The notes under the pieces were generated by a model. It had not been told where the DNA came from, made no database searches, and saw only the letters and a program-made list of their open reading frames with translations. Position numbers and translations under genes: made by a program. This document shows positions 37,858-50,588 of a stretch of 64,000 nucleotides of DNA, piece by piece. The DNA lies in the IMG/VR virus record IMGVR_UViG_3300025066_000007. One strand, 5' to 3'. Numbering within the stretch: the stretch's first letter is position 1; every line of letters begins with the position of its first letter. The DNA is from a virus. Lineage: Duplodnaviria > Caudoviricetes.

Positions 37858-40800
37858 TTAGCGCTGTGACCGTCGAAAGTTGTCAGCAAAGCGCTTCTTT
37901 CTAAGGTGCTCTTCTTCCAGAAGAAGAGTCCAGCGATAAAATAAATAAGACGGAAGAGTAATTATAGACGATATAATCAGACAATATATTAAAATTGCCA
38001 TCATAAATTTATATGCAAAACGATTCAGTCTTTGCGTAAAGATCATCATTTTTACCAACTCTCCTCAGTTCTTGGCCCTTGCCTTGCTCGGATAATAGCC
38101 AGAGTTTCTTGCGTCCTCTTCGCTCTTAAAGCACCACTCTGCGCTGGTTAGGAAGTAATATTTTGAATCTGGCATATGATATATAAAAGAACTTGCGTTC
38201 CCCTTGATCGGAAAATTACTTGGGCACCCCCCCCTTGCGTCCGGCAGATGTGCGCAACTAGACAGAAATAAGCCCAATATTGCTAATGAGGCTAAAATAT
38301 TATCCTTCATCTTGATTTTCCTCTTCTTTCTTTATATATTCTTTAACTGTCCTTACGAGCAAGGGGACTTCGTTCGCAAGCTCCAAGAGAGTTGTCATAA
38401 GATTTCTTTCGTGCTTTTCGCTAAAGCTTCGTAGATTAGAAAGAAAATCTCTTTGGCACATTAGTCTTTCAATCCTACCCAGATCTTCCTCTGTCATAAC
38501 CACCCCTTAATAGCAAGAGCCGATAAGGCAGTCGGCAGAACTCAGTCCCGCTTCTATGCACTCAGCATGGCCCCAGGCGACAAGCATAATCAAGCCGATA
38601 ATCGCAACAAATATGATCCCCAAGCTCAATGACGAATTACTATTTCGACCATAAAGGCTCATGACTAAGCCTCGCCCACTTCGCCTGAGCCCATAAGATC
38701 TCTCATAAAGGCTCCGAAAGCTTCTGAAAAATTCTCAGACTTCTTCATTTCATCAAGCATATCCCAAGCCTCTTGCTCACTGGAGATAAGCTTCTCAACT
38801 TCTTCTACAATCAGAACGTGCTCTTCCGTTACGAGCTTATGCTTCGCTAACAAGTCAAGCATTTCATCAAGAGACTTTATCAACTTTTCTTTACTCATAT
38901 TTCCTCCGCTCTTTGCTCTTGGGCTATCTTTAGGTAAATTCATATGATGAATGAGTCCAGCTCGATATAGCCGAGCTTATTTGGGCGTCTGTATCGAGGG
39001 ACAACACTAATCGATCATATTCTCCGACCTCAAAAGATCCGTCGGAGATCGACCTCTTATAAGAACGTCGTGCTGTGTCAATCTCAATCACACAACCAAT
39101 TGGAACTCCGTCCTTTAGAACTAAAAGACGCTCAGAGCCTGGCGTTTCAATGCTTATAATCACTTCACATTCTCCTCTTATAAAAAGACAGACTTAGCCT
39201 AAAGGAAGTCTCCTCCTAATGATAGGCTGTCTATCGCCCCTGTCTTACGGAAGACTCCCTAATTGCTGTCACGTCTTCCTTTAGGGCGATAAATCTTCCA
39301 TAAGCACCATATGGCGTTGTGTAATCAACGTCATATACTCCAGACTGCGTTTTTGTCATTATTAGCAGTGTTCCCTCCGGAACACCAAAGCCACGCATCG
39401 TCTTATATGGCTTTAGAAGGATCCTTCTGTCCTCATCTTTATTTGCATAAGGCTTCATGCCAACCTCCTCTTCATCAGTCAGTGCGACTAGTTAATCACT
39501 ACTTGGCTCTAATTTTCTAGATCTATCTGCAACGCCGGGTCAAGTGTAACCCAAACATAAATTACGAATAACGCGATAATCAATGCAACTTCTTTTCCCT
39601 CATTCTTTGCAAACCTTTTTGCCAAACGCTCAAGCATCCTTTATAACTCCCTCGAAGTGGCTATCGATAATATCATAGACTTTAGAAGAATGAATATCTC
39701 CGAGCATCGGCAGGAGAATAAAGTTTGACTCTGCTGTGTTGCAAGTTAAATCATATATTTCGACATCATTTCCACCATACCACACGCAAAGAAAACGCTC
39801 TGCGATTACCCTTACAAGCTCTGCCCCATCGACAATCGAGACTATCTCTGCTGTAGAGAAGCCGTGATCAGATGGCATTCTTTGTATCCTGGCTTTTCCT
39901 TATATAAGACATTCCATGTGCAGACCTAGAATGACCCTGGCACATATGAACCCACCAGTGGTCGCCCTCCCAATGCCACTCATCTACAAGCCTCACTTCT
40001 CCCCAGCAAGGATCTTTTGAGTCCAGCATATCACAGTCTTCTCCACAACAATCGGACTTCTTATAGCATTCTAGCAAAGACATTCCTAGACCTTCCCAAC
40101 CTTATCTGTCTAATATATTCTTTATCCGGCCTAGGCCGAATCCAATAAGAGCACCGCCCATTGTGCCAAGCAATATTCCTATGAATAGAACCCATATTGG
40201 AATAGTTAATAATTCGCTCATTCCATTATCTTACCAAAAACTATCCCTGGAGACAACCATCCTATAGGTTCGTGGTTTTCACAGAAAACCCTCTACTCAA
40301 GCTCCGCTTCATATGCTGCCCATAGAGCAGCGCGCCTATCTTCTACCGTAAGAAAACAGGGAGGGCATAAGCGACTTATATAGCGATTAGTCGTATCGAT
40401 ATCTTCTGTAGAACCGCAATTTTCACAAGTATTCCAGGCAGCCTCTTCTGCGTCAGCAACTAGCTTTCTCGTAATTTCATTGCTATTGTTCAGATAAAAT
40501 CTAAGGCCGCCAAACTTTTCCTTTACCTGTGCTGCGACTGGTTGAGGAATAAGCCGAGAATCTGCCCTCTCCTGCAATGAGGCACAGAGATTCCAGATTA
40601 AATCATACCATCCATCGCCACAAGTAATGCCCCAACACATACAGGTCTTCTGTGGAGGGAGGTCTTTTTCTGCGAAAATCAAAGGGAAAGCCTCAAAGAG
40701 CTTATCTTGTAGTTCTTGCTTCACGATCCTCTCCTCTCCAATTTATAAACTACTCGCTTAACTTCTGCTTTAAGATCAAAGACGATTCCCGCTGAGTCAA

Positions 40801-41098
40801 TTAAGAGGATTTCATAGGCGTCAGAGCCCTTCTCCTCTGACATTTGAGAGGCAAGATGTTCAAAACTAGACTCACGAACAGAGTGTATCGTCCAACTTTT
40901 TGAGCCACCCTCCCAGTAAGAAACGCAGATAAAAACGCTTGGATCTATTTTCCCAGCACAATAACGAACAAGCAAACCTTGCTCTCCTTCGTCCAGTTGG
41001 CTGAGATCAACAAACGGAAGTCTGCCCAGGGAGATAATGGCCCTAGGAAGGAATGCCTCATAAATCTTGAGAATTTTCTTTAAACTTTTTACAGACAT
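37858..41098 (-). other. Array of short orphan minus-strand ORFs
   Basis: Densely packed 50-145 aa ORFs with SD sites, including a lipoprotein-like ORF at 38065..38310 and a QVKEKFGGLRFY protein at 40293..40724. Confidence 0.55.
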
Positions 41099-41106
41099 AA
41101 ATCCTT

Positions 41107-41832
41107 CTATCTAATCAAATATTGATTGACATATTTAGTATCTTTGCTGAAGATAGGAGTCTCCGGATCCTCTTCCCAGCGAGTCCTCTGCGCTCCATTC
41201 TTTTCATACGAAGTCTTTACGATTGCAGAGCCACGCTTCTTCCAAGTGGCAATGTCATTCCAATTGACAGGAGGGTTTAGGCTCATCAACATATCCTGCT
41301 TATCTGACCCATTCATTCCATGCAACTCTTTATGCGAGAAATATGCCTGAGCTAAGCCTGTAATGCTATTTTTCTCTGCATCACGCTGGCGCCAAAGAAA
41401 CACATTGTTAACTTCATCTGAAGTAATGTTCCAGAAACGAGCATCAAAATATGCCGGGGGCGAACTTATCACTCCAAAATTTCTTCGCCATGCAGCAGCA
41501 AAAGCAACGGAAGCAATCGAAGCGGAAACACTACACATCTTCTGAACTCTATAGCCAAACCATGCATCTGTATTATAAGTCTTCCAGTCAGTTAGCAGAA
41601 GAGTTATTTCGTCTGATTGAGTATAGCCAATTTGACAGCCCTGAATTTGTCCGCAGAGAGCAACTGTTGCTGCAACCATACACTTGTGAAAATTTTCATC
41701 AAAAGGCCTATCAAGATTGCGAGTAAGTGTATGAAAGGCTTTGCCGTCAAGTCTCGCTATGACTGGAAGTTTTCGCTGCAACATAAAGTTACTGCGACTC
41801 TCATAATCTTTCATTCTATCGCCAATATTCAT
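41107..41832 (-). CDS. thg1: tRNA(His) guanylyltransferase Thg1-like protein
   Basis: RMKDYE, ARLDGKAFH, YTQSDEI, FDAR, WRQRDA and WNDIATWKKRG. Confidence 0.92.
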   Translation of the reverse strand: MNIGDRMKDYESRSNFMLQRKLPVIARLDGKAFHTLTRNLDRPFDENFHKCMVAATVALCGQIQGCQIGYTQSDEITLLLTDWKTYNTDAWFGYRVQKMCSVSASIASVAFAAAWRRNFGVISSPPAYFDARFWNITSDEVNNVFLWRQRDAEKNSITGLAQAYFSHKELHGMNGSDKQDMLMSLNPPVNWNDIATWKKRGSAIVKTSYEKNGAQRTRWEEDPETPIFSKDTKYVNQYLIR

Positions 41833-43757
41833 TGAGAATCCTCCCTCTCTTTAAGCTCTTGCAGCCCCTCATCTGTTGCAATTCCCCATGAAAAACAGAA
41901 TCCAAATCATGCAACACAAACAGCAAAGTCTGAGCATCCAGTTGGAATCTCAGTTAGCGTCGGCCACGGACGAATTGGCGTCGACTCACTCCAGCCCCAA
42001 CCAATGGAAAAAGCCGGATGCCTACCCACCTTAAATCTCGCGAAAACTATTCCAAAAGAAAAAAGGTCCCAACCTTTTTCCAAGGTATTTTTCTCAAAAA
42101 GGTTAAATACTGGAATTGGTATCGGAAAATATCGTAATCTTCTTTTAAGAGTCATCTTTGCGCTCCTTAAGCTTTTTGCACTTACGCTCCCACTCAGAAG
42201 CCTGTACCTCCAAAGCCCTGAGCTTTGCTATTCCATCCTGAAGAATATTCATCAAAGCGTCTTTTTGAAGCTCAGAAAGAAGCCTTAATCGCTCAAGTCT
42301 TTTCTCAGGCGACATATCTCCATCGCCACTTAATAGATTGTAATAGTTACCCTCTATGATAGAGTAGTGATCAAGCCTCTCTCGAAAAGTCTTCTTATAC
42401 ATATTGCCTCTATTCAACTTCCCAATCAACACCACCCCGTAGTACGGGGCACTCATTAAGAACATATTTTCCGTCAGTCTTCATAAGAAGCTTCTTCTGA
42501 AGAAAAGCCAGAGTCTCTCTCTTAGCCAAGCAACGATCATTCATATTCTTCCTTCCAACTCTCGTTTTCCCATGCCACATTGCGAGTCTCTCCAGATGCA
42601 GACATCGCTTCTTCTTTCAATAGGAGCTCAAAGTGGTAGTGGTTAAGATTGTCTCTCATTCCACTTTCGGTTGGAATGATCATCCTCCAGGCAGTTTCCG
42701 GACCAGTTGTTACTTTCTTTAAAGCCACAAAGACTCCGAACCAATGACTGTCAATCGGAAGTCCGTCAATTCTTCCTACTGTAATCTTTATATCACAAAG
42801 ATTTGAAAGAATATCTCCCGCAGAACCCTGGGTGACCCAGTAGCGTTCTTCGTCAACAGCAACCTCCCACTCATTTCCTTCGAATGAGAGAATCACAGCG
42901 TTTGGATGCTTGCGCGGCCAATCAATGGGAACGGTCATGCAAAAACTCTCTTAGCCTCGAAATAGCTAGCCTCATCCTAGGACCTTTCCCTTCCGGAAAG
43001 ACTCCTCATTATAATAGACAGAATCTGCTCACTCCTCTTTTCTTTAAAATAAACAAACGTAAAGAAAAGGAATCCAGCAATGGCAAGCGGAACTGTAATG
43101 CTTGAAGAAATCCAATGTTCTTCAAGATTCGCAATAGCATCTTCTTTCCCATGATAATCCATCCAAAGAGACCAAGTGCAGGCGTATAGCATGGCTCCAG
43201 ACCAGAGGCACTTCGTTGACGATGAAGGCGTTATTCTTTCCAGAAACTTACTCATAATATCCAATTGCCTCCAATAGAAGCTCTACTGCTCGCGACTCTG
43301 CCTTTGCAGCAGCAGAATGCAGCGCGTCTTGTTGTAATTGAGTGGAGCTATAAAAGGCAGGACTGCAAGTTACGCACAACCCAACCTCAATAGCCTTCCT
43401 ATAAAGATTCGGCCTAAGCTCACGAAGCTTGCGATAGTTTTTATCAGACATAATCAAATTCACCAATCGGTCGGAGCGGCTTGGCCGGCCTATCCCTACA
43501 GTAGACGCAAAGCTCTTCTTTACAATCCTCTTCAAGCCATAAGTTGCAAAATCCACAGAAATAAGCATCATATTTTTCGCTGTAACTCTTTTTCGTGCCA
43601 CAACTATGCAGAAAGGAATCTTCTATTGAATCGCTCATATTACTCTTTCGCCTCGGCATGATGATGCGTGCAATGTTCCGCTAAGGCCCAAGAGCCTAAG
43701 ATGATTAACGGAACTTCGTGAATTAGCAAATGTCCTAGAATCAAAAGAAGGGAAAGC

Positions 43758-44730
43758 TTACCGCTCTTCTTCAATATCCCATGATGACATTTGAGTTCTC
43801 TTTCCATGCTTTTTAACCAAACATCCACATTGCATCTTTCTCAAGGCAGGAGCCTCACTTCGCCTAGCAGGAACATGATTCTTGTCTATAAGATTTCCGA
43901 TTAGACATTGACAAATTTCAATCCAATTTATCTCTGAACACTCAGAGTCTATCCAAGTATAGACTTCATCGCCTTTCTCAAGAGAGTCTCCAAGCTTTAA
44001 GATAATCATCTTACTTTCCTAAAAATTTGGAAACAGATCCACTGAAGGTGTCAATGTAACTCCGTATTTCTTTCGAAGGTGTCTCGGACCTCATAAGTAC
44101 ATTGAATAATTCTTGTGCAACTTTCTGCGCTTCTGGGCGGAGAAATGAAATATATTCCTCAATAGTAGCTCCAGTTACCAAGGACAAGTCTCCTTCAAAA
44201 GTTTGCTCTATCTCAAACATTTGTACTATGGCTCCTATATTCCAATGGTCTTCTGGCGTCAACACTCAAAGGTCCTCCAAGTACTTTGGAAGCCTATCTT
44301 CTACAGACGCTTCAACCTCTCTGAACTTTATCCCCATAGCCTTCAAGAGATATCTCGCCGGAATTTGGTGGTCTTCGCACCTAAGAACTCCATCGACATA
44401 AACGCCTTCCCAATCTCCGCTTTCATCTACAACATAAACAATGTTAGATTTTGTGGCCTTCACCTAATCCTCCTACGTCAAAAGCCATGCTTGCCAGCGG
44501 CGATAAGTCTTTGTCTTGAAGACTGACTCAATTTCTTCGAGATTGAGAGACAAAATCTTTTGATTTTTATCAGTCAAAGCCCATTCGTAATATCGACCTC
44601 CATCTTTAATCTCAAACTTATCAAAGATGAACTCTGCAGAATTTCCGGACTTATAATTAATCTGAACCAAATAAACTTGCTCAAAAAGCCTGGCTAACAT
44701 CTTTTTGTTCTTCCATAATTTCTCTGGCAT
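43758..44730 (-). repeat. Four-gene cassette, copy 2 (44473..44730, 44266..44463, 44011..44265, 43758..44009)
   Basis: Paralogous to 34505..34792, 32778..32978, 32530..32778 and 32286..32525, with nucleotide-level similarity in the MIILKLGD genes. Confidence 0.85.
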
Positions 44731-45290
44731 AATCAGAGCCTTCCCAATTATCTACGCCAGCAGCGATTAAAGCGTCCAAAAAAGCTTCTGCTTTCAGCAA
44801 AGCATTGTAACGCTCAACATAAATTTCGATGGTCTCTTTATCTTCAGTCATTTTGCCTCTCATCCAAAGCCACCTACCAAATAGGCAGGTTCCTAATGCG
44901 GCCAAAATCAACCCATTCGCCACTCTCAGGTGGGGAAAATCCCGAAGCTATGAATAGAGCGGAAAGAAGGCACTGCTCACTATCAGTCTGATTGTCAACC
45001 TGAACCCAAACAGCCTCCCCTAAATTGTTCCAGCCGCGTCTTTCGACATGGAAGGCCCATCGAGAACGAGGATCTTTTTCCGCTAAATCCTTTGGCGTAT
45101 ATTTGCATTGCACAGCAACTATTCGATATTCACGAACCTCGGCAATAACATGGGCCGCAAATGGACTCTCGCAGTCTCTACGCTCCGAAGGGTTGTGATT
45201 TTTTATCGACGTCTTTCTCATTACAGCTTCCTCTTTTCATTCGGCCATATTGCGTTACTAAGCAGAGGCCCAAGCATGTCGAATGGTCAT

Positions 45291-45590
45291 TCAGGGCTGA
45301 ACGATTTTAACCGCCTTACCATAGACCGTTCGAGTCCACCCATTAATTCCGCCCTTATTATTTCCGATTTGCGCTCGGCCACCCTGAAGTGCTTTCACCA
45401 AGTGCAGATAGACGTTGCCCTTCACCTTGCACAACACAATGTCACCAACCTCTAAATCTTCAATTTCAATCGGCCGAAGAGTAACGGTAGCTCCCGATTC
45501 CACCTTTGGTTTCATTGAGTTGCCATGCGGCCTAATGGTAGCTTCCCTGCCATCTGCAAGCAGCCCAATGGCCCTATTAGCCCAGCTCAT
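45291..45590 (-). CDS. S24/S26 peptidase-like small protein
   Basis: PHGNSMKP (Ser motif), GDIVL and HLVK. Confidence 0.6.
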   Translation of the reverse strand: MSWANRAIGLLADGREATIRPHGNSMKPKVESGATVTLRPIEIEDLEVGDIVLCKVKGNVYLHLVKALQGGRAQIGNNKGGINGWTRTVYGKAVKIVQP

Positions 45591-47193
45591 TTAACACGAA
45601 CCCTTCCCACACTGAGAGTAAGAAACCCTGTCAGTAATGTTTCGAATTGAATCCAATGCAGTCTCTAGGTCTCGCATAGAGACAGTGGTCGTCATTCCCT
45701 GTTTTTCGTCAAGGACAGTGATTCGCACAGAGCCATCTTCGTCAACGCTAAGAGATAAAACTGCGTTATTCTTCCCTGATATATCTATCTTAATCTTCAT
45801 CTACGGAATCCCTTCTGGAAGCCCACAGTTCTGCAACTATTTCTTTTGCAGTTAGGCAACTACAAATATATGAAAGCTGGCTTGTCTGCCCTGAGTTATT
45901 AATGTCGGAAGCTTCCATCGACTTTAGCTGATGAACAAGATCGTCAAGAACCTCTTGATCAAGACGCTCTTCCAGAGCAAAAGTTGTAAGCTTAATAAAC
46001 TTCTCTTGTTCAGTCATTCTAAATCCTAATGCTAAGGAGCGTTATTGCTCCAAGGGCTATTGCAAGTACATTGCGCCTCTACTGTAATCCAATCCCATGC
46101 TATCCTTTGGGCAACCAGCAAATCTGCCTCAAGTCTTTCTAGTTGCGAATTGTCTAACATGCACCCGTCTGGCATAAACGTTTCCTGTGACGGAAGTTCC
46201 TTTTCCTCATTATGCTTGTACGCATAACTCCAGCCCAAAAGGAAAGCCAGAAACATAGCGACTATTACGGCCAGCACATTAGCTGAGACCGAACCACTGC
46301 TATTCGCTGACATCTGGCGGAACTAGCTTATAAGAAAAATCGTAAAGTTCGTAATAAAAATCCTGATTATCCTTCGAGTAAATCAACTCGGCCATATCTT
46401 GAACAACAGGCCAAGGAGGAAGGGGAATCGGATTGTTTTTGCTCCACACATCAACAATATGATGTGCGTAAAGAACTCCCAATGCTCTCCTTTTCTCTAT
46501 AAAGAATTCATCATGAATCTGCCACTCCCACTCTACGCCATGTTCGTTCCAAAGCATAGCCCAAAGCGGTAGCCACTCTTCAACCAACTCATTTGTCCAG
46601 GCTCCTCTTTTAAACTTCATATAGAAATCCACTCCTGATCATATGCTTCCACAACAGTTTCAAGCCCATCATATTCCTCGATGCGATAAACTGTACCATA
46701 GATTTCAGCAATAGCGAGATTTGCGCAGCTTCCACTCGCTGCCTCTCCAAGCTCTTCTACACACTTTACCAAAAGTAAATTATGACGTTCAATTCGACTG
46801 TAACGATATTCTGGATAACATTCATAGTGTTCTGGATTAGGATCGGAATCCTCATATCCATGCTCTTCTAGCCATTCGTTTGCAGCCAGAGATAACTCAA
46901 ATCCACCATAACATGCGTTATAAACAACTTTGTTCATCGCTCTTCCTTTGTTGCTCTTTACCTGTCTTCTATGAGGGCCAAAACTTCAAGGTCCAATCGT
47001 GGAAACGATTGCCCCACTCTCTAGGAAGAAACTGCATCAAAGGATGCGCGATGCAGTTATGCAAAAAGCCTCCGAGCCACCACTTGATTTTCCTCATCAT
47101 TCTAAGCCTGCCTCACGAAATGTCCGCACAAATCATTAATAAAAAGAGTCTGCCACATTCGGCAGCTCTATAGAAGGTTATATTTTAGGTGGT

Positions 47194-47268
47194 TGGTACT
47201 CCGTAGGGTAATCGAAACCCTCTCTTCGGAATGAAAATCCGAGATCCTAACCGCTAGACGAACGGAGC
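47194..47268 (-). tRNA. tRNA-Glu(UUC)
   Basis: 75 nt; anticodon arm TCGGA-TTTTCAT-TCCGA; CCA encoded. Confidence 0.93.
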
Positions 47269-47304
47269 ACACTTCAGCCCAATATCTCTTTCCTGCATAG
47301 TTAA

Positions 47305-47388
47305 TGGTGGCGGAATAAGGATTCGAACCTTAACGCGATTAAGCCACGGATTTACAGTCCGCTACTGTTCCCAGACAGTTTTCCCGCC
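47305..47388 (-). tRNA. tRNA-Tyr(GUA)
   Basis: 84 nt; loop CT-GTA-AA; long variable arm; A73; CCA encoded; atypical A8 and D-loop. Confidence 0.9.
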
Positions 47389-47405
47389 TTTTAAAACTTC
47401 ACCTA

Positions 47406-47440
47406 AATATAGTGAAGGGCAGGTTCATATTACCTTTTTT
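47406..47440 (-). promoter_or_regulatory. Phage promoter-like motif, copy 6
   Basis: AAAAAA GGTAAT ATGAACC TGCCCTT CAC TATATT, 18 nt before tRNA-Tyr. Confidence 0.7.
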
Positions 47441-47563
47441 ATGATTGAGCCAGGACGATCGCCTGAGCGGCCCGCAGAAGCGTTATCGCCCCAGAAGAGG
47501 CTGCCGGGGACACTGCGAGCAGAGGAAAGCGGCTGTAGCGAAGGCTCAGGCTCCTCAGATCGC

Positions 47564-47938
47564 CTAGGAGAAGTCCTCTTCGGATTCAGGAAGGCTCTCG
47601 TCGCCCAGAGTCTCAAGCAGAGAAGAAAGCTCTTCCTTGATTTCCAAGAAAGCAGTCCAGTCTTCAGATTCCATCTTTCCATCAGAAATTGCCTCACCGA
47701 ACATTGAAAGCTCTAAGTTTAAGCGAGTCAGCCTTTCTCTCAGTCCTTCCTGTCGATCTTCTTCTGTAGGGTCAAAGCCGCCATGCTCCATAGCCATAAG
47801 CTCATCGTCTGTAGGTCCGTCTTCCCAGGAACCCTCTGAGGCTCTAGAGATTATCCTGTCTAATGCACTGGCCTCGGCCAATAGACCCTTCTCATCCAAA
47901 TCGTTTGCTAGGCTTACGAGCTCTGCTAAATAAGTCAT
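47564..47938 (-). CDS. Acidic hypothetical protein with the shared N-terminal motif
   Basis: MTYLAELVSLANDLDEKGLLAEASALDRII. Confidence 0.65.
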   Translation of the reverse strand: MTYLAELVSLANDLDEKGLLAEASALDRIISRASEGSWEDGPTDDELMAMEHGGFDPTEEDRQEGLRERLTRLNLELSMFGEAISDGKMESEDWTAFLEIKEELSSLLETLGDESLPESEEDFS

Positions 47939-48155
47939 TCTTCTATCTCCATCTTTTCCTTGTTTTATTAGTAAAAAAATTAATTTTTATTTTTTGCAAA
48001 GTTTTTGTTGACAGCCAAAAAATTTACCCTATATATTCTAACAACCACTGCACTACAACAAAGCGGTCAGCTGCAGATCCTCTTTCTCTTTGTTCCGCTG
48101 CCCTTATTTCGAACGAACCCTTTGTAGGAAATTCCTCTTGAGACCCGTGACCAGC

Positions 48156-50588
48156 CTAGATCAACCTCTCTAATTCATTCAGGAGTTCTGCTTCGTTATT
48201 TTTTCTTAGCTCACCTGCTCTTTTCTGAGGCTTATCCTCTCTTATATTCTTTATAATTTTATATATCTTTGTGATATATAATTCGCTGCCTCCGCCATCA
48301 CGTTTTGACTTCTTCTTTTTAGCCTTTAGCGATTTATAAAGGGACTCCAGCACCGGAATGAGGGGTCTTCCGTTTTCTCCGAGCTTTAAAAGATTGAAGT
48401 ATAAAGAAAAGAGAGCTGTCTCTCCACCGTCATCAGCCTCTAAAGCATTCTCAAGCAAGCTCTTGTAGATCTGGACAGTACTAGGGCTATCTGCATGGAT
48501 TGCATCCAAAGCGACAATGACATCTCTTTCTAACTTTTTGGGTCGATTTACTTTGTTGATGTTTTTGTGATAAAGATTGACAAAGATTTTTTCAAGAATA
48601 GACTTTATCTTAGGGTCTTTGCTGAGCTCAGAAGATAGAGCGGTGAAATATGTAATTTTGCTGCTCAAGGGAGAGGCCTTGAGCCTTATATCTTTTGGCT
48701 GATATTCTGAAATAATTGCGTTATCAGAATATATATCTCGCAGGAGAGCTAGAGCCTCCCCCTTTAAACCTTCTCTTTCCTCTCCTGCGTCAAGATTCTT
48801 TATGTAATGCGCCAGCTCGGTTGTATATGTGTGAATGCTTTTTATATTCTTCTTATTCCGATCATCTGGAAAAAATGCAGGAAAATTCTTAATCAGATGA
48901 TCAATTACATTCTCCGTCAGATATCTCAGCGAAATCTCAGTCCTGGCGCTATTTTCTAGATACTCCTTTAGCCTTATCGTTTCTTTTGGGCTCTGCTTCA
49001 TCCATCGCCTTAGACTTGAATCTGATAAAGTAAGATGTGACTCTATCCACTTTAAACCGCCAGACTTTGCAGCTCTTTTCTTTGCCATAACTTGCTCTTC
49101 TGCGGTTATCTCCCTCAGGCTCCACCTCTTATGGTTAGAATGCGGTATCGTCCACTCTGCGATGTCAGATCCCTCAGTTGTTAAGTCAAACCCTTCTAAC
49201 TCAGAAATAGTATGGTTATCTGCGCCACCGGCAGAGTTCGCATAAGCTATATACCGATTTGCTCGATCAATGATAAATTTAGCTATCTGACTCTTCCACT
49301 TTGCACTATCTTGCTTTGCGATCCACTCTTTCGCATCGGAAAGATGAGCAAAGCCCTTTGGACGAGAAATATGAGCTATATCTAAGCTGAGCAAGTCAGG
49401 GGCAAAGATATCTTCCCAATATTCATGGAGCTTATCTGTAACTATCCAATGGCTTTTTATGTCTTCCTTATTTATCTTTGGATCTATGATCCTATCTACA
49501 ATAGTTTCCGGAGTTAAGGCAACCTCTTCTTCCTTTTCATATTCTTCATCAAAGGTGTCAGAATAACGTCCTCCCGACATAGAATATGTTCCGAAAGGAA
49601 TATCTCCCTGCTTCTCCTTTAGCCATGCCTTTATTGCTGGCAGAAAAGCAGGGAAGTCTCTGCCGTCAGAGTAGACGCTCTCTTCGGGAACTGCATAAGA
49701 TTTTCCGAATAAAGAGTCAAATCTTCTTACCAACACTCTAGCAAGAGGGTCTTCTATCTCTAAGTCGTCAGCTTTTATAAGATAAGCGGCAAAGCCGCCC
49801 GTTGCTATTTCACAATACACAGCCCTGCGCTCTTCTCCGTCATCTAGATTCAGACAAGAGCGCCACCTTCTGTCGGTTGAGATTCCGGCAATATCATCTG
49901 GTCGTGAGGTTAGTACCATGATTATGGAGTTCTGATCTTTTTTTATTCCAGAATTTAAATAGCCCTTAGCTTCACTTATTAAAAAGTTGATGTTTCTTTT
50001 TACATTAATCGCCCAATTGTCAGCCTCAAGGCCGCCAACCTCATAGGCTTCTTGAAGAAAGCTTTCCTTAATAGTGTCGGCTGAGATATTTTCCCAATTC
50101 CATAAATTAATCCAAAGCTTCTTGATTTCTTTTTTTGCCTCATCAAATGGAATTACAGGCAAGCCAAGAGCCTGTGCTGTCTCCCAATCTTCTCGGAAAG
50201 AAGCCACTGCCAAAATATCTCTCGCAAATTTTCCATTGAAATGGGAGCGATCTTTTACTCCTGCCGCAAGATCTTCTGCTGTCCAGTTAAGGCCAAGATC
50301 ATTCATCATTCCTAGGAGATGACTGTGGTTAGATTTTATTAGCTCAATCTTTTGTTCATGAGATGATATCAGGGGAACGTAGGCCCTTCCGCTTTTCCCA
50401 AACCAATCAGCAAATGGTTCTTCTCGATTTCTTGAAGCTTTATCAATCTTTTCCCGAAACCTCTCCAGAGAGGCTTGACTGATCAGATCATAAATAGATG
50501 TACCAGACGCAAAAAGCCCCTCTCTGTCTAGCCATCCAAGTAGGTTTTTCAACTTAATCATAGAGGGTTTACGCATCGAAATAGACAA
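48156..50588 (-). CDS. Large hypothetical protein (810 aa) with the shared N-terminal motif
   Basis: Long uninterrupted ORF containing TSRPDDIAGISTDRRWRSC; function unknown. Confidence 0.75.
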   Translation of the reverse strand: MSISMRKPSMIKLKNLLGWLDREGLFASGTSIYDLISQASLERFREKIDKASRNREEPFADWFGKSGRAYVPLISSHEQKIELIKSNHSHLLGMMNDLGLNWTAEDLAAGVKDRSHFNGKFARDILAVASFREDWETAQALGLPVIPFDEAKKEIKKLWINLWNWENISADTIKESFLQEAYEVGGLEADNWAINVKRNINFLISEAKGYLNSGIKKDQNSIIMVLTSRPDDIAGISTDRRWRSCLNLDDGEERRAVYCEIATGGFAAYLIKADDLEIEDPLARVLVRRFDSLFGKSYAVPEESVYSDGRDFPAFLPAIKAWLKEKQGDIPFGTYSMSGGRYSDTFDEEYEKEEEVALTPETIVDRIIDPKINKEDIKSHWIVTDKLHEYWEDIFAPDLLSLDIAHISRPKGFAHLSDAKEWIAKQDSAKWKSQIAKFIIDRANRYIAYANSAGGADNHTISELEGFDLTTEGSDIAEWTIPHSNHKRWSLREITAEEQVMAKKRAAKSGGLKWIESHLTLSDSSLRRWMKQSPKETIRLKEYLENSARTEISLRYLTENVIDHLIKNFPAFFPDDRNKKNIKSIHTYTTELAHYIKNLDAGEEREGLKGEALALLRDIYSDNAIISEYQPKDIRLKASPLSSKITYFTALSSELSKDPKIKSILEKIFVNLYHKNINKVNRPKKLERDVIVALDAIHADSPSTVQIYKSLLENALEADDGGETALFSLYFNLLKLGENGRPLIPVLESLYKSLKAKKKKSKRDGGGSELYITKIYKIIKNIREDKPQKRAGELRKNNEAELLNELERLI

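Noticed and set aside
39185-39245. GGCTAAG after a hairpin, resembling an HDV-like J4/2
   Set aside because: P1 and L3 cannot be formed. The region folds better as one long hairpin followed by a T run, i.e. a terminator.
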